Translations under genes and position numbers: made by a program
Notes under the pieces: generated by a model
Database searches by the model: none
The model's input: only the letters and a program-made list of their open reading frames with translations
What the model was told of the DNA's origin: nothing
Assembly: GCA_041946735.1 (NCBI GenBank)
Contig: JBHGAY010000011.1
Coordinates: 32,001-96,000 of the forward strand
Reading direction: 5' to 3'
DNA: 64,000 nt
Origin: Candidatus Eiseniibacteriota bacterium
Lineage (GTDB): Bacteria > Eisenbacteria > RBG-16-71-46 > CAIMUX01 > VGJL01
Shown here: piece after piece, positions 47,020-56,705 of the stretch
How the letters are laid out: the number at the start of each line of letters is the position of its first letter
Position numbering within the stretch: position 1 is the first letter of the stretch

Positions 47020-47586
47020 TCAGTTCACGCGCTCGAGGTACTTGCCCGTCGACGTGTCGACCCGGATCTTCTCCCCTTCGGAAATGAAGGGCGGCACCTG
47101 AAGCTCATAGCCCGTCTCTACCTTGACCGGCTTGGTGACCGACCCCGCGCTGTCGCCGCGCGCCGCGTCGTGCGCCTCGGTGACGAGAAGAGTGACGGTG
47201 GCGGGGAAGACGACGTCGACCGTGCTGCCGTCGTCCTCGCGCGCCATCAGCTGCATCTCCATGCTCTCGGTCAGGTAAGGAAGGTAGGGCTTCATCAATG
47301 CGGCGGGCAGCTCGATCTGCTCGTAGGTCTCGGTGTCCATGAAGACGTACTCGGCGCCGCTCGCGTAGAGGTACTGGATCGGCCGGTAGCGGACCGCCAC
47401 GGGGTAGATCGTGCTGCCGGCGTTCCAGGTGTCGTCGAGCACGCGGCCGGTCTTCAGATTCTTCAGCTTCGCCCGCACGAACGCGCCGCCCTTGCCGGGC
47501 TTCACGTGCTGGAAGTCCACGACCTTGTACAGGTCGTTCTTGTAATCGAGGACGAGACCGTTTCGAATATCGGCGGTTGTTGCCAC
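47020..47586 (-). CDS. efp: Elongation factor P
   Basis: HVKPGKGGAFVR, FMDTETYEQ, RGDS, VPPFI, YLERV; AGGAG RBS. Confidence 0.97.
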   Translation of the reverse strand: MATTADIRNGLVLDYKNDLYKVVDFQHVKPGKGGAFVRAKLKNLKTGRVLDDTWNAGSTIYPVAVRYRPIQYLYASGAEYVFMDTETYEQIELPAALMKPYLPYLTESMEMQLMAREDDGSTVDVVFPATVTLLVTEAHDAARGDSAGSVTKPVKVETGYELQVPPFISEGEKIRVDTSTGKYLERVN

Positions 47587-47862
47587 CCACTCCTCCTGTC
47601 CGGGTTGGGGATCATCGGTCGATCGGGGAACGAGGCAGGCGCCGGACCGGAACGGAACGGGCAGGCCCCTCGGACGGCCGTCGCGCGGCCTTCCCTGCCG
47701 GCCGGGTCGCGCGTCGGATCATCGGGCATTCTAGCCTGGAGCCCCTACCCTCCGTCCAGAGCAACGGGAGGGCAAGGCATCGGGGCGCCCGGCCGGCCGG
47801 CGGCCGGCCCTCGCCCGCCGGCCTGCTGCCCCCCGGTGGGCCGGTCCCGTCGTGCGGGCACC

Positions 47863-49671
47863 TCAGTCCCCGCAGTGCACGTAGACGTCCGGGCCCCCGT
47901 TCGTGTCGCTCGATTCCAAAGCTACCGGGCTCTCGAAGGCGATGGCCTGGCCGTCCCCGGAAATCGAAGGGGCGGTCGAGGGGCCCGGGTTCGCGATCGA
48001 GCCGCCTCCCGTGAAAACGGAGACCCGCCGTGTTTCGCTGGCCTGCCGGTCGTGGATGTAGACGTCGTCGGCGCCGTTGGTGTCGTCGGGATCGAGGGCG
48101 ACGGCGGTGGTGAACGCGACAGAGCGGCCATCCGCCGAGATCGAAGGAGCGGTCGAAGGGCCTGGGTTCGCGATCGAACCGCCGCCGGTGAAGATGGAGA
48201 CTCGCCGAGTCTCGCCGGCCTCGCGGTCGTGGACGTAGACGTCATCGGCGCCGTTGGTGTCGTTGGATTCGAAAGCGACGGGGGTGGTGAAGGCGACGAA
48301 ACGGCCGTCTGCCGAGACGGACGGCTGGCGCGATCCACCCTCGTTCGCGATCGAGCCGCCTCCGGTGAAGATCGAGACGCGCGTCGTCTGGTTCGTGCCG
48401 GCGTCATGGACGTAGACGTCCTCCGCGCCGTTGGTGTCGTCGTTGACGAGCGCCGCGCTCGTGACGAAGGCGACGACCTGGCCGTCCCGCGAGATGGAAG
48501 GGGAATGCGCGCCCGGCTCGTCCGCGCCGCTGCCGCTCCCCGTCCGGATGGAGACGCGGAACGTGCGGTTCTCGTCGCGGTCGTGGACGTAGACGTCGTC
48601 GCCGCCGTTGTTGTCGTTCGACTCGAAGGCCACCGGGGTCGTGAAGGCCACCACCCTGCCGTCCGCCGAGACCGCCGCCTCCCGAGACCCTGACTGATCG
48701 GCGATCGATCCGTTGCCGGTGAAGACCGACACACGGATCGTTTCGTTCTCGTCGCGGTCGTGGACGTAGACGTCGTCGCCGCCGTTGGTGTCGTCCGGAT
48801 CGAACGCCACCGGAGTCGTGAAGGCGATCACCTTGCCGTCCCCGGAGATCGAAGGCTCGTGCGAGCCCGCCTGGTCGGCGATCGAGCCGCCGCCCGTGAA
48901 GATCGAGACGCGGCGCGTCTCGTCCTCGACGAGATCGTGGATATAGACGTCGTCGCCGCCGTTGGTGTCGTTCGACTCGAACGCCACGGGCGTCGTGAAG
49001 GCGACGACGCGGCACGCGGGGGAGATCGAAGGCTCGTGCGAGCCCGCCTGGTCGGCGATCGAGCCGTTGCCCGTGAAGATGGAGACGCGCCGCGTCTCGT
49101 TCTCGCAGACGGAAGGATCGCAGGGATCGTCGTCGACGCCGCCCGGAGGCGGAGGGGGGGGCGGAGGAGCCGCGCCCGTCACCTCGAAGCTCCGCCGCTG
49201 GCTCCAGAAGTAGTATTCCCCGGGTTTGTCCGAGGTGTGCGTGACCCGGATCTGCCAGTCGACGATCTCTCCTGGCTGCAGGGCGTTGCCTCCCCACTGG
49301 TTCGGCGGCGGAAACCGGTACTCGACTCGGAACGGCTCCGTACGGGGCAGGCCGCCGGGAGTGAAGGTGAATCCGGCCGGCGGGACCTCCGTGTAGAGAA
49401 TGTGCTGCGTGTTCTGCAGGCTCGGGCGGCGACCCCATTCGACCTGGAGCGCCGTGACGGTCGTCTGCTTCGGGTCGATCTCCGCGACGACGCGCGGGCC
49501 GCCGCTGGTGGATCGCTCGAGTTCGTCGAGCAGCGTGAAGGCCGGCCGATCGGAGGGGCATCCGGCGAGCACGACGAGAAGCGCGACGGCGGCGGCGAGG
49601 GTGAGCGGGCGTGGCGGCTTGCCTGGGAGCGCGTGCGATGGCTTCCGGGCCTTCCCTGGTCGGATCGACAT
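47863..49671 (-). CDS. Lipoprotein with seven near-identical 59-aa TolB/PD40-like beta-propeller repeats
   Basis: Lipobox VLAGC; poly-Pro linker; repeats RRVSIFTGxGS...PSISxDG..VAF...DTNGxDDVYVHD. Confidence 0.85.
   Translation of the reverse strand: MSIRPGKARKPSHALPGKPPRPLTLAAAVALLVVLAGCPSDRPAFTLLDELERSTSGGPRVVAEIDPKQTTVTALQVEWGRRPSLQNTQHILYTEVPPAGFTFTPGGLPRTEPFRVEYRFPPPNQWGGNALQPGEIVDWQIRVTHTSDKPGEYYFWSQRRSFEVTGAAPPPPPPPPGGVDDDPCDPSVCENETRRVSIFTGNGSIADQAGSHEPSISPACRVVAFTTPVAFESNDTNGGDDVYIHDLVEDETRRVSIFTGGGSIADQAGSHEPSISGDGKVIAFTTPVAFDPDDTNGGDDVYVHDRDENETIRVSVFTGNGSIADQSGSREAAVSADGRVVAFTTPVAFESNDNNGGDDVYVHDRDENRTFRVSIRTGSGSGADEPGAHSPSISRDGQVVAFVTSAALVNDDTNGAEDVYVHDAGTNQTTRVSIFTGGGSIANEGGSRQPSVSADGRFVAFTTPVAFESNDTNGADDVYVHDREAGETRRVSIFTGGGSIANPGPSTAPSISADGRSVAFTTAVALDPDDTNGADDVYIHDRQASETRRVSVFTGGGSIANPGPSTAPSISGDGQAIAFESPVALESSDTNGGPDVYVHCGD
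47866..49093 (-). repeat. Intragenic tandem repeat, 7 x 177 bp
   Basis: Equivalent words recur 177 bp apart (e.g. 48721, 48898, 49075); 59-aa unit. Confidence 0.88.
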
Positions 49672-50016
49672 GGATCCCTCCTGTCTGACGAGCGTGTCGA
49701 GCGGCGCGAATGCGCGTGGGCATGCGCGTGCGAATGCGAATGCGCATGCGTCTGGCGGTGTGTGTGTGTGATGCGAACGCCGCCCCGACGCGAATGAGCG
49801 AACCCGTCTTCCGGGACACCGGATTCGAGGAACGAAGGAGTATCCAGACGGCGGGCGGCGGGGGCAATGTGAATCGATCGTGCCGAACGGATTTCGGGGA
49901 GAGGGTCGGATCCGGTATACTCATTCCGGTTCGTTCCCCGGGCGGCGCCGCGACGGCCGGGTTCTCCCCCACGCCCCGCTCGCTCGGACTCGCCTTTTCG
50001 ACTCTTTGGAGGGACC

Positions 50017-51150
50017 ATGCGAATCCAACCCGGTGCGTTACGGCTCCCGCCCCTTCTGGCGCTGGGGCCGCTTCTCCTGGCGCTTGCCGCCTCCCCGGCG
50101 ATCTCGTCGACCCTGACTCTTCAGCCGCTGCTCGAATCCGACACGGATCTGCTGCGCGTCGCTCCTCAAGAGGACGGAACGGCGGTCGTGCTCCGCGAGC
50201 GCGAGGTGGGGCTGGCGAGCCAGGGACCGTTCGTCGTTCGAGCCTCGGCGGGCGCGCAGCAGACCCTCACCATCGCCGACGAGGGCGGATGGATCGGTAT
50301 CGCGGACCATCGGCCAGGAGCGGCCGACTTCGCGCCGGTCGCGTCGTTCACGCTCCTCGCGCCGGATGGCAGGACGGCGTGGAGCCTCGGTGAGACCGAG
50401 GACGTCGCCTTCCTGATCAGCGGGCAAGGCCGGGTCGCCGGCCTGCAGTTGAACATCAACGTCCCCGATCGCAACCGCCTGCGCTTCTATGGAGACGGCG
50501 GCGAAGTGGTCGCCGATCTGCCTCTGCCGTATCTCGAGGGAGCCTCGTTCGATCCGTCCGGGCGGAGGCTGTTCGCTCTCAGCTCGCTCGACGGCCTGCA
50601 TGCCTTCACGGTCGACGGCGAGGAGCTGTGGAGCCTTCCCGGTGCGCGGATGTTCGCTCCCTCCGCGGGAGGGGACCTCGTCGCCGCGATCGCCGGCGAT
50701 GCTCTCGTCGTCGTTCGGGACGGCCGCCCCGACGCCCCGATCCCGCTCGACGGGCTGCTGGTGCGCCGGGTCGCCGTCGCGCCGGACGGCGGCCGGCTTG
50801 CGATCGCCGACAAGCATGAGATCCGCGTCTTCTCCGTGGGCGCCCGGATTCCCGAGTGGAACGTCGACCTCACGAGCGAGCGGCTCGCCGTGACCTCGCT
50901 CGATCTCGCGGATGGCCGCGGATGGTTGCTCGCCGGTCTCGCGCGCGACCTCGGTGAACAGGTGCCGATCCTCGAGCGCCATCCGAGCGGCGAGGTGCGC
51001 GCCTACGACGCGGACGGACGACTCGAGCACTCCGCGACGATGCCGTTCCCGATCTGGAACATCTGGACCCCGACGGCGAGGATCGATCGCTCCGGGCATG
51101 CGGCCACCATCACGACCCGGCGTTCCGTATACCGGGTCGCATTGCCGTAG
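50017..51150 (+). CDS. Secreted WD40-like beta-propeller protein
   Basis: Signal peptide; FDPSGRRL and VAPDGGRLA blade motifs; GGAGG RBS. Confidence 0.65.
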   Translation: MRIQPGALRLPPLLALGPLLLALAASPAISSTLTLQPLLESDTDLLRVAPQEDGTAVVLREREVGLASQGPFVVRASAGAQQTLTIADEGGWIGIADHRPGAADFAPVASFTLLAPDGRTAWSLGETEDVAFLISGQGRVAGLQLNINVPDRNRLRFYGDGGEVVADLPLPYLEGASFDPSGRRLFALSSLDGLHAFTVDGEELWSLPGARMFAPSAGGDLVAAIAGDALVVVRDGRPDAPIPLDGLLVRRVAVAPDGGRLAIADKHEIRVFSVGARIPEWNVDLTSERLAVTSLDLADGRGWLLAGLARDLGEQVPILERHPSGEVRAYDADGRLEHSATMPFPIWNIWTPTARIDRSGHAATITTRRSVYRVALP

Positions 51151-51161
51151 GGGAGGTAACG

Positions 51162-52790
51162 ATGAGCAGCAAGATCGTCATGCGCGGGCTCCTGCTTGGC
51201 GCCCTGTTCGCGGCGCTGGCCGTTTCTGTCCCCGCGGCCGAGCCTTGGCCGTACCAGCCGTTCGACGAGACGCACGGCCTGGGGAACCACTTCGGAGAGT
51301 TCCAGAACTACGGCGGGGCCCCCTACTACCATGATGGGATCGATCTCGTGACGCCGACCGGTCCAGTGCAGACCTTCTCGGTCTCCGACGGGACGCTCAC
51401 GCACATCACGTACAACCAGCCGATGTACAGCGGCCTGATGATCGGCCCGCCGGTATCGGGGGGCGAAGGCTGGCTCTACTGGCACATCAACGCGACCACG
51501 ATGCAGTTCGATATCGGCGACCTCGTGCAGACGAACGATTACATCGGCACCACGGCGAACTGGCCGGTCGCGCAGTTCCATCACTGCCACTTCAACAGGG
51601 TGCGCGGAACGGGCGGCTATCCGTGGGGCTGGTACGAGGCGATCGACAATCCCCTCTTGTTCATGGAGCCGAACACGGATCCTGACGCGCCGGTCTTCGA
51701 GATCGCGTACAACGGGAAGGTCTTCGCATTCGTGAACAACGGGACGACCACGATCCAGGATCCGACCGCGCTCACCGGCAGCGTCGACATCGTGGCGCGG
51801 ATCAAGGACATCGTCGGAATGCCGCAGTGGGCGCTGAACGCGTGGAAGATCGATTACTGGATCGATGGCGCCACGCAGGACGTCCCGGTGACGAACAGCG
51901 TCACCTTCTCCGGGCATATCCCTCCGGACGGGACGGTCGGCGTGATCTACTCGCTGAATGCTCCGCTGAGGACGTTCGGCGATTACGATGCGCGGATCTT
52001 CTACATGATCGTCACCAACACCGATGGAGACGGGTTCGTGGAGTCCTCAGACGCGAACGCGAGCTGGCAGACGGCGAACTTCGCGGCTGGAGACTACTGG
52101 GTCTACGTCCGGGCTGCCGACATCGGCGGGAATGTCGTCACCGACAGCATGATGGTGACGGTCGCGGGGCCGGTCCTTCCCGAGATCAACCTGCCGGAGG
52201 CCTCTCACGACTACGGGCAGGTCCCGACCGATCAAGAGGTGGTCTGGCCGCTGCGGATCCAGAACCTCGGGACGAGCTGGCTGTCGATTCGCGAGGTGGT
52301 CCCGACGAACGAGTTCTTCCGCGTCGACCGCTCGCACTTCTGGGTCGCTCCTCAGGGCGAGGAGATCGTGAACGTCACCTTCGCTCCCGATCGCGAGCAG
52401 CTCTACTTCGGCGGCGTCCGCGTGCGATCCAACGATGCGGACGAGGGGGAGATCGTCGTGAGCTTGCGCGGCGAGGGAGTGGCGCCGGCCGCCGCGCCCG
52501 ATGCCGGGGCGCAGGCGGGCTTCGGGATCCGCGGGATCCGGATGGCCGGGCGGACCGGTCTCGAAGTCCTCTTCGCGCTGGACCAGGCGGGCGACGCCTC
52601 GCTGGAGATCTACGACGTCGCCGGCCGGCGGGTGCGCGCGCTTCCGCTGCGCGGGCTTGCGGCAGGAGCCGGGAGCGCCCTGTGGGACGGTCTCGATGCG
52701 GCGGGCCGGACGATGCCGAGCGCGGTGTACTTCGTGAGGCTCCAGGCAGGCGGAAAGGAGGCGAAGGCGAGCGCCGTCCTGCTCCGGTGA
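51162..52790 (+). CDS. Secreted M23-like metallopeptidase with Ig/ASH domain and FlgD-Ig-like C-terminal domain
   Basis: YHDGIDL (HxxxD), HHCHF (HxH); IQNLG...VTFAP...SNDADE; IYDVAGRRVR...WDGLD...SAVYFVRL. Confidence 0.78.
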   Translation: MSSKIVMRGLLLGALFAALAVSVPAAEPWPYQPFDETHGLGNHFGEFQNYGGAPYYHDGIDLVTPTGPVQTFSVSDGTLTHITYNQPMYSGLMIGPPVSGGEGWLYWHINATTMQFDIGDLVQTNDYIGTTANWPVAQFHHCHFNRVRGTGGYPWGWYEAIDNPLLFMEPNTDPDAPVFEIAYNGKVFAFVNNGTTTIQDPTALTGSVDIVARIKDIVGMPQWALNAWKIDYWIDGATQDVPVTNSVTFSGHIPPDGTVGVIYSLNAPLRTFGDYDARIFYMIVTNTDGDGFVESSDANASWQTANFAAGDYWVYVRAADIGGNVVTDSMMVTVAGPVLPEINLPEASHDYGQVPTDQEVVWPLRIQNLGTSWLSIREVVPTNEFFRVDRSHFWVAPQGEEIVNVTFAPDREQLYFGGVRVRSNDADEGEIVVSLRGEGVAPAAAPDAGAQAGFGIRGIRMAGRTGLEVLFALDQAGDASLEIYDVAGRRVRALPLRGLAAGAGSALWDGLDAAGRTMPSAVYFVRLQAGGKEAKASAVLLR

Positions 52791-52969
52791 TGCGTCGATG
52801 CGCCGGGCCGCCGTCGCGACGCCGCTGCCTCCGGCGCCGCGCGCCGCCTCTGGCGCTGCGCTCCGCTCCTCCTGAAGGGGAGCGGAGCGCTTTTGTCTTC
52901 GCGGATGGCGCGGCACGTTGCCGCCGCCGGGGCGCCCGGCTATCCTCGCGGATCAAGGAGGAAGCCGGA

Positions 52970-53656
52970 GTGATCGCGAGCCGGAAGGAGCCGAAGCGCT
53001 GCGCCTGGTCCGGGACCGATCCGCTCTACGTCGCATACCACGACGAGGAGTGGGGCGTCCCCGTGCACGACGACCGCACCCATTTCGAGTTCCTCGTCCT
53101 CGACGGAGCGCAGGCGGGCCTCTCGTGGCTGACGATCCTCCGCAAGAGAGAGGCGTATCGCAAGGCGTTCGCGGACTTCGACCCGGCGCGGGTCGCGCGC
53201 TTCACGGACGCCCGGATCGAGAGGCTGCTCCAGAATCCCGGGATCGTGCGCAACAGGAGCAAGGTCACGGCGGCGATCGCCAACGCCCGCTCCTTCCTCG
53301 AGGTCCAGCGGGAGTTCGGCAGCTTCGATCGCTACATCTGGGACTTCGTCGGGGGGAAGACGCGGAACGACCGGCGGCGGGAGATGGGGGAGATTCCTGC
53401 CAAAACCGAGGAGTCGATCGCGATGAGCAGGGATCTGGAGAAGCGCGGGTTCCGATTCGTCGGCCCTACGATCTGCTACGCCTACATGCAGGCGGCGGGT
53501 CTCGTGAACGATCACGTCGTCGATTGCTTCCGCCACCGGGAAGTCGCCGCGCTCTCGCGTGTCGCGGGGAGCGGGAAGCGGTCTGGGGACGGGGGCGAAG
53601 CGCCGGAAGGGGGCCGCGGCGCAACGAAGTCCTCCGGCGGAAGGAAGGGGCCGTAG
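52970..53656 (+). CDS. tag: DNA-3-methyladenine glycosylase I
   Basis: RCAW, YHDEEWGVP, QAGLSWLTIL, FVGPTICYAYMQAAGLVNDH...C. Confidence 0.96.
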   Translation: MIASRKEPKRCAWSGTDPLYVAYHDEEWGVPVHDDRTHFEFLVLDGAQAGLSWLTILRKREAYRKAFADFDPARVARFTDARIERLLQNPGIVRNRSKVTAAIANARSFLEVQREFGSFDRYIWDFVGGKTRNDRRREMGEIPAKTEESIAMSRDLEKRGFRFVGPTICYAYMQAAGLVNDHVVDCFRHREVAALSRVAGSGKRSGDGGEAPEGGRGATKSSGGRKGP

Positions 53657-53953
53657 ATGCCGATCTGCTGGTCGTGCCGCGCCGAGCTCCCTTACCCGCG
53701 GTATGCCGCAGTCCCGCGCGAGGGGGAATGTCCGGGCTGCCGCAAGGACCTTCACGCCTGCCGCAACTGCCGGCATTACGATCCCGGGGTGAACAATCGA
53801 TGTCGCGAGCCCAACGCCGAGTGGGTGACCGATCGCGAGAGAGCGAACTTCTGCGAGCTGTTCCAGCTCGCCGAGACGCCGCTCGGTCTCGCCGGTCCGG
53901 ACCGCTCCGCCGAGGCGCGCCGCAAGCTCGACGATCTGTTCCGCAAGGACTGA
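53657..53953 (+). CDS. Small Cys-rich putative zinc-binding protein
   Basis: CWSC, CPGC, HACRNCRHY, CRE, ANFCELF; starts immediately after the tag stop. Confidence 0.75.
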   Translation: MPICWSCRAELPYPRYAAVPREGECPGCRKDLHACRNCRHYDPGVNNRCREPNAEWVTDRERANFCELFQLAETPLGLAGPDRSAEARRKLDDLFRKD

Positions 53954-53972
53954 CCGCGCTCCGGGGCGATCT

Positions 53973-54836
53973 GTGGGGCTCAAAGCCGACTACTACCGAT
54001 TCCTGACCAGGCAAGGGCCGGCCGACTTCTCGCGCGGCATCCCGTATGCGCGGTGCGTCGAGTATCCCGAGGTCGTCCGCCGCCTCGCTCTCGTGCCGGA
54101 GGACCGGCTGCTCGACGTCGGCAGCCGCTACGCGCCGCTGCCGCAAGTGCTGGCGTTGCGCTACCGGTGCAGCGTCGTCGCCGTCGATCCGGAACCGGAC
54201 TTCGCGGAGCGCCAGACGGCGATGGCGCGGCGCGTGCCGGAGGCGAGGCGGCTGATGGAGGAGGGAAGGCTCCGGTTTCTCGTGCGCGATGCGGCCGGCC
54301 TTCCGTTCGAGGACGGGCATTTCACGAAGATCTCGGCGATCAGCGTCGTCGAGCACATCGCCGACGAGCGGCCGGTGATCCGCGAGCTGGCGCGCGTGCT
54401 CGCTCCGGGCGGGCGTCTCGTTCTGTCCGTCCCTTACGATCCCTACCGGGACGAGCCGAAGTACTACCGGAGCAGCGTCTATGTGAAAGGGAGGCGGCCG
54501 GCCGAGGAGTTCTACCAGCGCTTCTACAACGATCGCAACCTGGAGGAGCGGCTCGTGGAGCCGAGCGGGCTCCGTCCCCTCTCGATCGATCGGTTCGGGG
54601 AGGCCGCCTTCAACGCGCACAATCGGATTTACGGCAACGCAAAGATCCCCTGGCCGGTGCGGCGCCTCTTCTTCCAACCGTTCGCCCCGATCCTCGCCCC
54701 GCTTCTGATCCGGCCGCTCGCGCCCGAGCGCTTCCGGCGCAAGACGAAGATGTACACGGCCGACATGGCGATCCTCGTTCTCGAGAAGCCCGGCCCGGGG
54801 AACGAGGCGCGCCCGCCGCGGTCAGCCGCCAGCTAG
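53973..54836 (+). CDS. Class I SAM-dependent methyltransferase
   Basis: LLDVGS, LPFEDGHF, ISVVEHI, LAPGGRLVLSVP. Confidence 0.85.
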   Translation: MGLKADYYRFLTRQGPADFSRGIPYARCVEYPEVVRRLALVPEDRLLDVGSRYAPLPQVLALRYRCSVVAVDPEPDFAERQTAMARRVPEARRLMEEGRLRFLVRDAAGLPFEDGHFTKISAISVVEHIADERPVIRELARVLAPGGRLVLSVPYDPYRDEPKYYRSSVYVKGRRPAEEFYQRFYNDRNLEERLVEPSGLRPLSIDRFGEAAFNAHNRIYGNAKIPWPVRRLFFQPFAPILAPLLIRPLAPERFRRKTKMYTADMAILVLEKPGPGNEARPPRSAAS

Positions 54837-56635
54837 TGTAGGACGACGATCTTGACGGAACCGGCCGGTCCGCCGGCAGGTCCGCGTCCACCCCACGAGC
54901 TGCCGGCGACTCCGCCCCGCGGGCTGCCGCTGGCTCCGTCCCCGGCTCCGTCCCCTGCGCCGCCGCCCGCTTCCTCCATCGCATCGGCGCGGACGAAGTA
55001 GACGCCAGCCGGGAGCCTGCGCCCCTCAGGGTCGGTTCCGTCCCACTCATAGAGCGCGCGCTCCCCGGACGCGGAGGCGAGAGGAAAGACGCTCGCCACC
55101 ACACGGCCGGCGGCGTTGTGGATCGAAAGCGCCGGGGCGGTCCTCGCTCCGGCCCCGGCTCCCGTCTCGCCTTCCGGCTCGGGCGCCTGCCAGACGATCC
55201 GAGCGGGAAGCGTGCCCGGCCCCGTGAGAAGGCGCAACTCTCCGCGGCGTGCCGACTCCTCGGGAGGGGCCGGCGCGCGCGCGTCCATCGGCTCGCGGTG
55301 GAACCGTCCGACCAGAAGGCCGAAGTCGATCTCCGAAGCGATGAAGATGTCGGAGCGGAAGAAGGGATCGATGTAGGGGATGCCGTGGCAGTGGGCGTCG
55401 GCGCCGAGCGTCGGATCGCAGCAGGCGTCGCCCGGGCGCGAGGACCAGCGGGCCGGATGCTCGTAATACCCGACGCGCTGCGGATGCGCCGGGTCGCTCA
55501 CGTCGAACACCTGGATCCCCTTGTTGTACCAGGCGCCATAGGCGATCGAGTCGCGGACATAGACATTGTGGACCGAATGGCAGGTTTGATCCGGCCAGAT
55601 CTCCGCCACCTGCTGCGGCGAGGCGAGATCGGCGATGTTCCAGACCCGTACGTGACCGTTCGTCTTCTCGTCGCACGTGAGCAGATACGAAGGGTCCTCC
55701 AGGCGCCAGGCGGAGTGGGCGTGCAGATCGGGGCCGTCATGGCGGAATGACGCGACCAACGCCGGCGTCTGTCCGTCCCCGCACTCTCCCGGAGAGGACG
55801 GACAAAGCGGATCGCCGTCGAGAATGTCCCAGCGCGGCGGCTGCGCCCTGGAGCGGGAGACGTAGAGGACGCCGTCGCGCGCGTGCACGTCGTGCGCATA
55901 GTAGCTATCGCCGGCGGGGCCGGTGTGCTCGTGGCAGAGCCAGCGAGGGTGGGCGGGGTCCGGCTCCAGATCGAACATCTGGATGCCTTCGCCGCAGCGA
56001 ATACCGGTGACATAGAGGATCCCGCGCTCGTCGATGAAGATCGTCTCGATCTCCGCCTGCGAGGGATCGTCGCACGGATGCCCGCACGAGCACGCGCAGA
56101 ACTCGTTTTGCGGAATGGTCCCGACGACGAGCGGGTCCTGCGGGTTCGCCATGTCGACGATCACGATCGGGCCGTGTCGCGAGGCGGCGTAGACGTAGTG
56201 ATCGTAGACGTCCACGTGGACGTAATAGTGCGTCGCGGGATCGGTCGCCGGTGGGATCGAACGGACGCGCCGCGGATGCGTGGGATCGGCGAGATCGACG
56301 ACGTGCAAGGAATCAGCGCCGAGGATCGCGTATTCGTGGCCGCCGGGCGCGACGTAGGCGCAGCAGCTCCAGATGCCGGTCGCCGACACGACCGGGTAGC
56401 TGCCGAGGATCGAGACGTAGAGGCTGTCCGCGCCGGTCGGGTCCCAGGGCGCGGGCGGCGTGGCCGGACGGGATGCGGCGGTCTCCGTCGCCACAGTCCC
56501 GACCGCCACGGCGGGGGTCGCGGACAGCAGCAGCGCGGCGAACCAGCTTGCGAGGCGGGCGGCCGGCGGCCGGCGTGAAGGGGCCTGGGTCCCAGCGAGG
56601 CGGAAGCGGAAGCGAAGGCGCGAGCGCGAGCGCAT
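54833..56635 (-). CDS. Secreted LVIVD-repeat (choice-of-anchor B-like) protein with FlgD-Ig-like C-terminus
   Basis: LHVVDLADP, IVIVDMANP, YAHD, HAHSAW, TCDE, SVHN, WYNKGIQVFDVSDP; WDGTD...PAGVYFVR. Confidence 0.82.
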   Translation of the reverse strand: MRSRSRLRFRFRLAGTQAPSRRPPAARLASWFAALLLSATPAVAVGTVATETAASRPATPPAPWDPTGADSLYVSILGSYPVVSATGIWSCCAYVAPGGHEYAILGADSLHVVDLADPTHPRRVRSIPPATDPATHYYVHVDVYDHYVYAASRHGPIVIVDMANPQDPLVVGTIPQNEFCACSCGHPCDDPSQAEIETIFIDERGILYVTGIRCGEGIQMFDLEPDPAHPRWLCHEHTGPAGDSYYAHDVHARDGVLYVSRSRAQPPRWDILDGDPLCPSSPGECGDGQTPALVASFRHDGPDLHAHSAWRLEDPSYLLTCDEKTNGHVRVWNIADLASPQQVAEIWPDQTCHSVHNVYVRDSIAYGAWYNKGIQVFDVSDPAHPQRVGYYEHPARWSSRPGDACCDPTLGADAHCHGIPYIDPFFRSDIFIASEIDFGLLVGRFHREPMDARAPAPPEESARRGELRLLTGPGTLPARIVWQAPEPEGETGAGAGARTAPALSIHNAAGRVVASVFPLASASGERALYEWDGTDPEGRRLPAGVYFVRADAMEEAGGGAGDGAGDGASGSPRGGVAGSSWGGRGPAGGPAGSVKIVVLH

Positions 56636-56705
56636 GATCGTCCTCCTCTGCCGGCCCGCGCCGCCCCTGGACGCCGCGACGGCGTCCCTCGCGTGACCGG
56701 CTCTC

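Noticed and set aside
47866..49093. 177-bp repeats as a CRISPR array or DGR template/variable pair
   Set aside because: They are in-frame coding repeats; there is no reverse transcriptase gene and no spacer structure.
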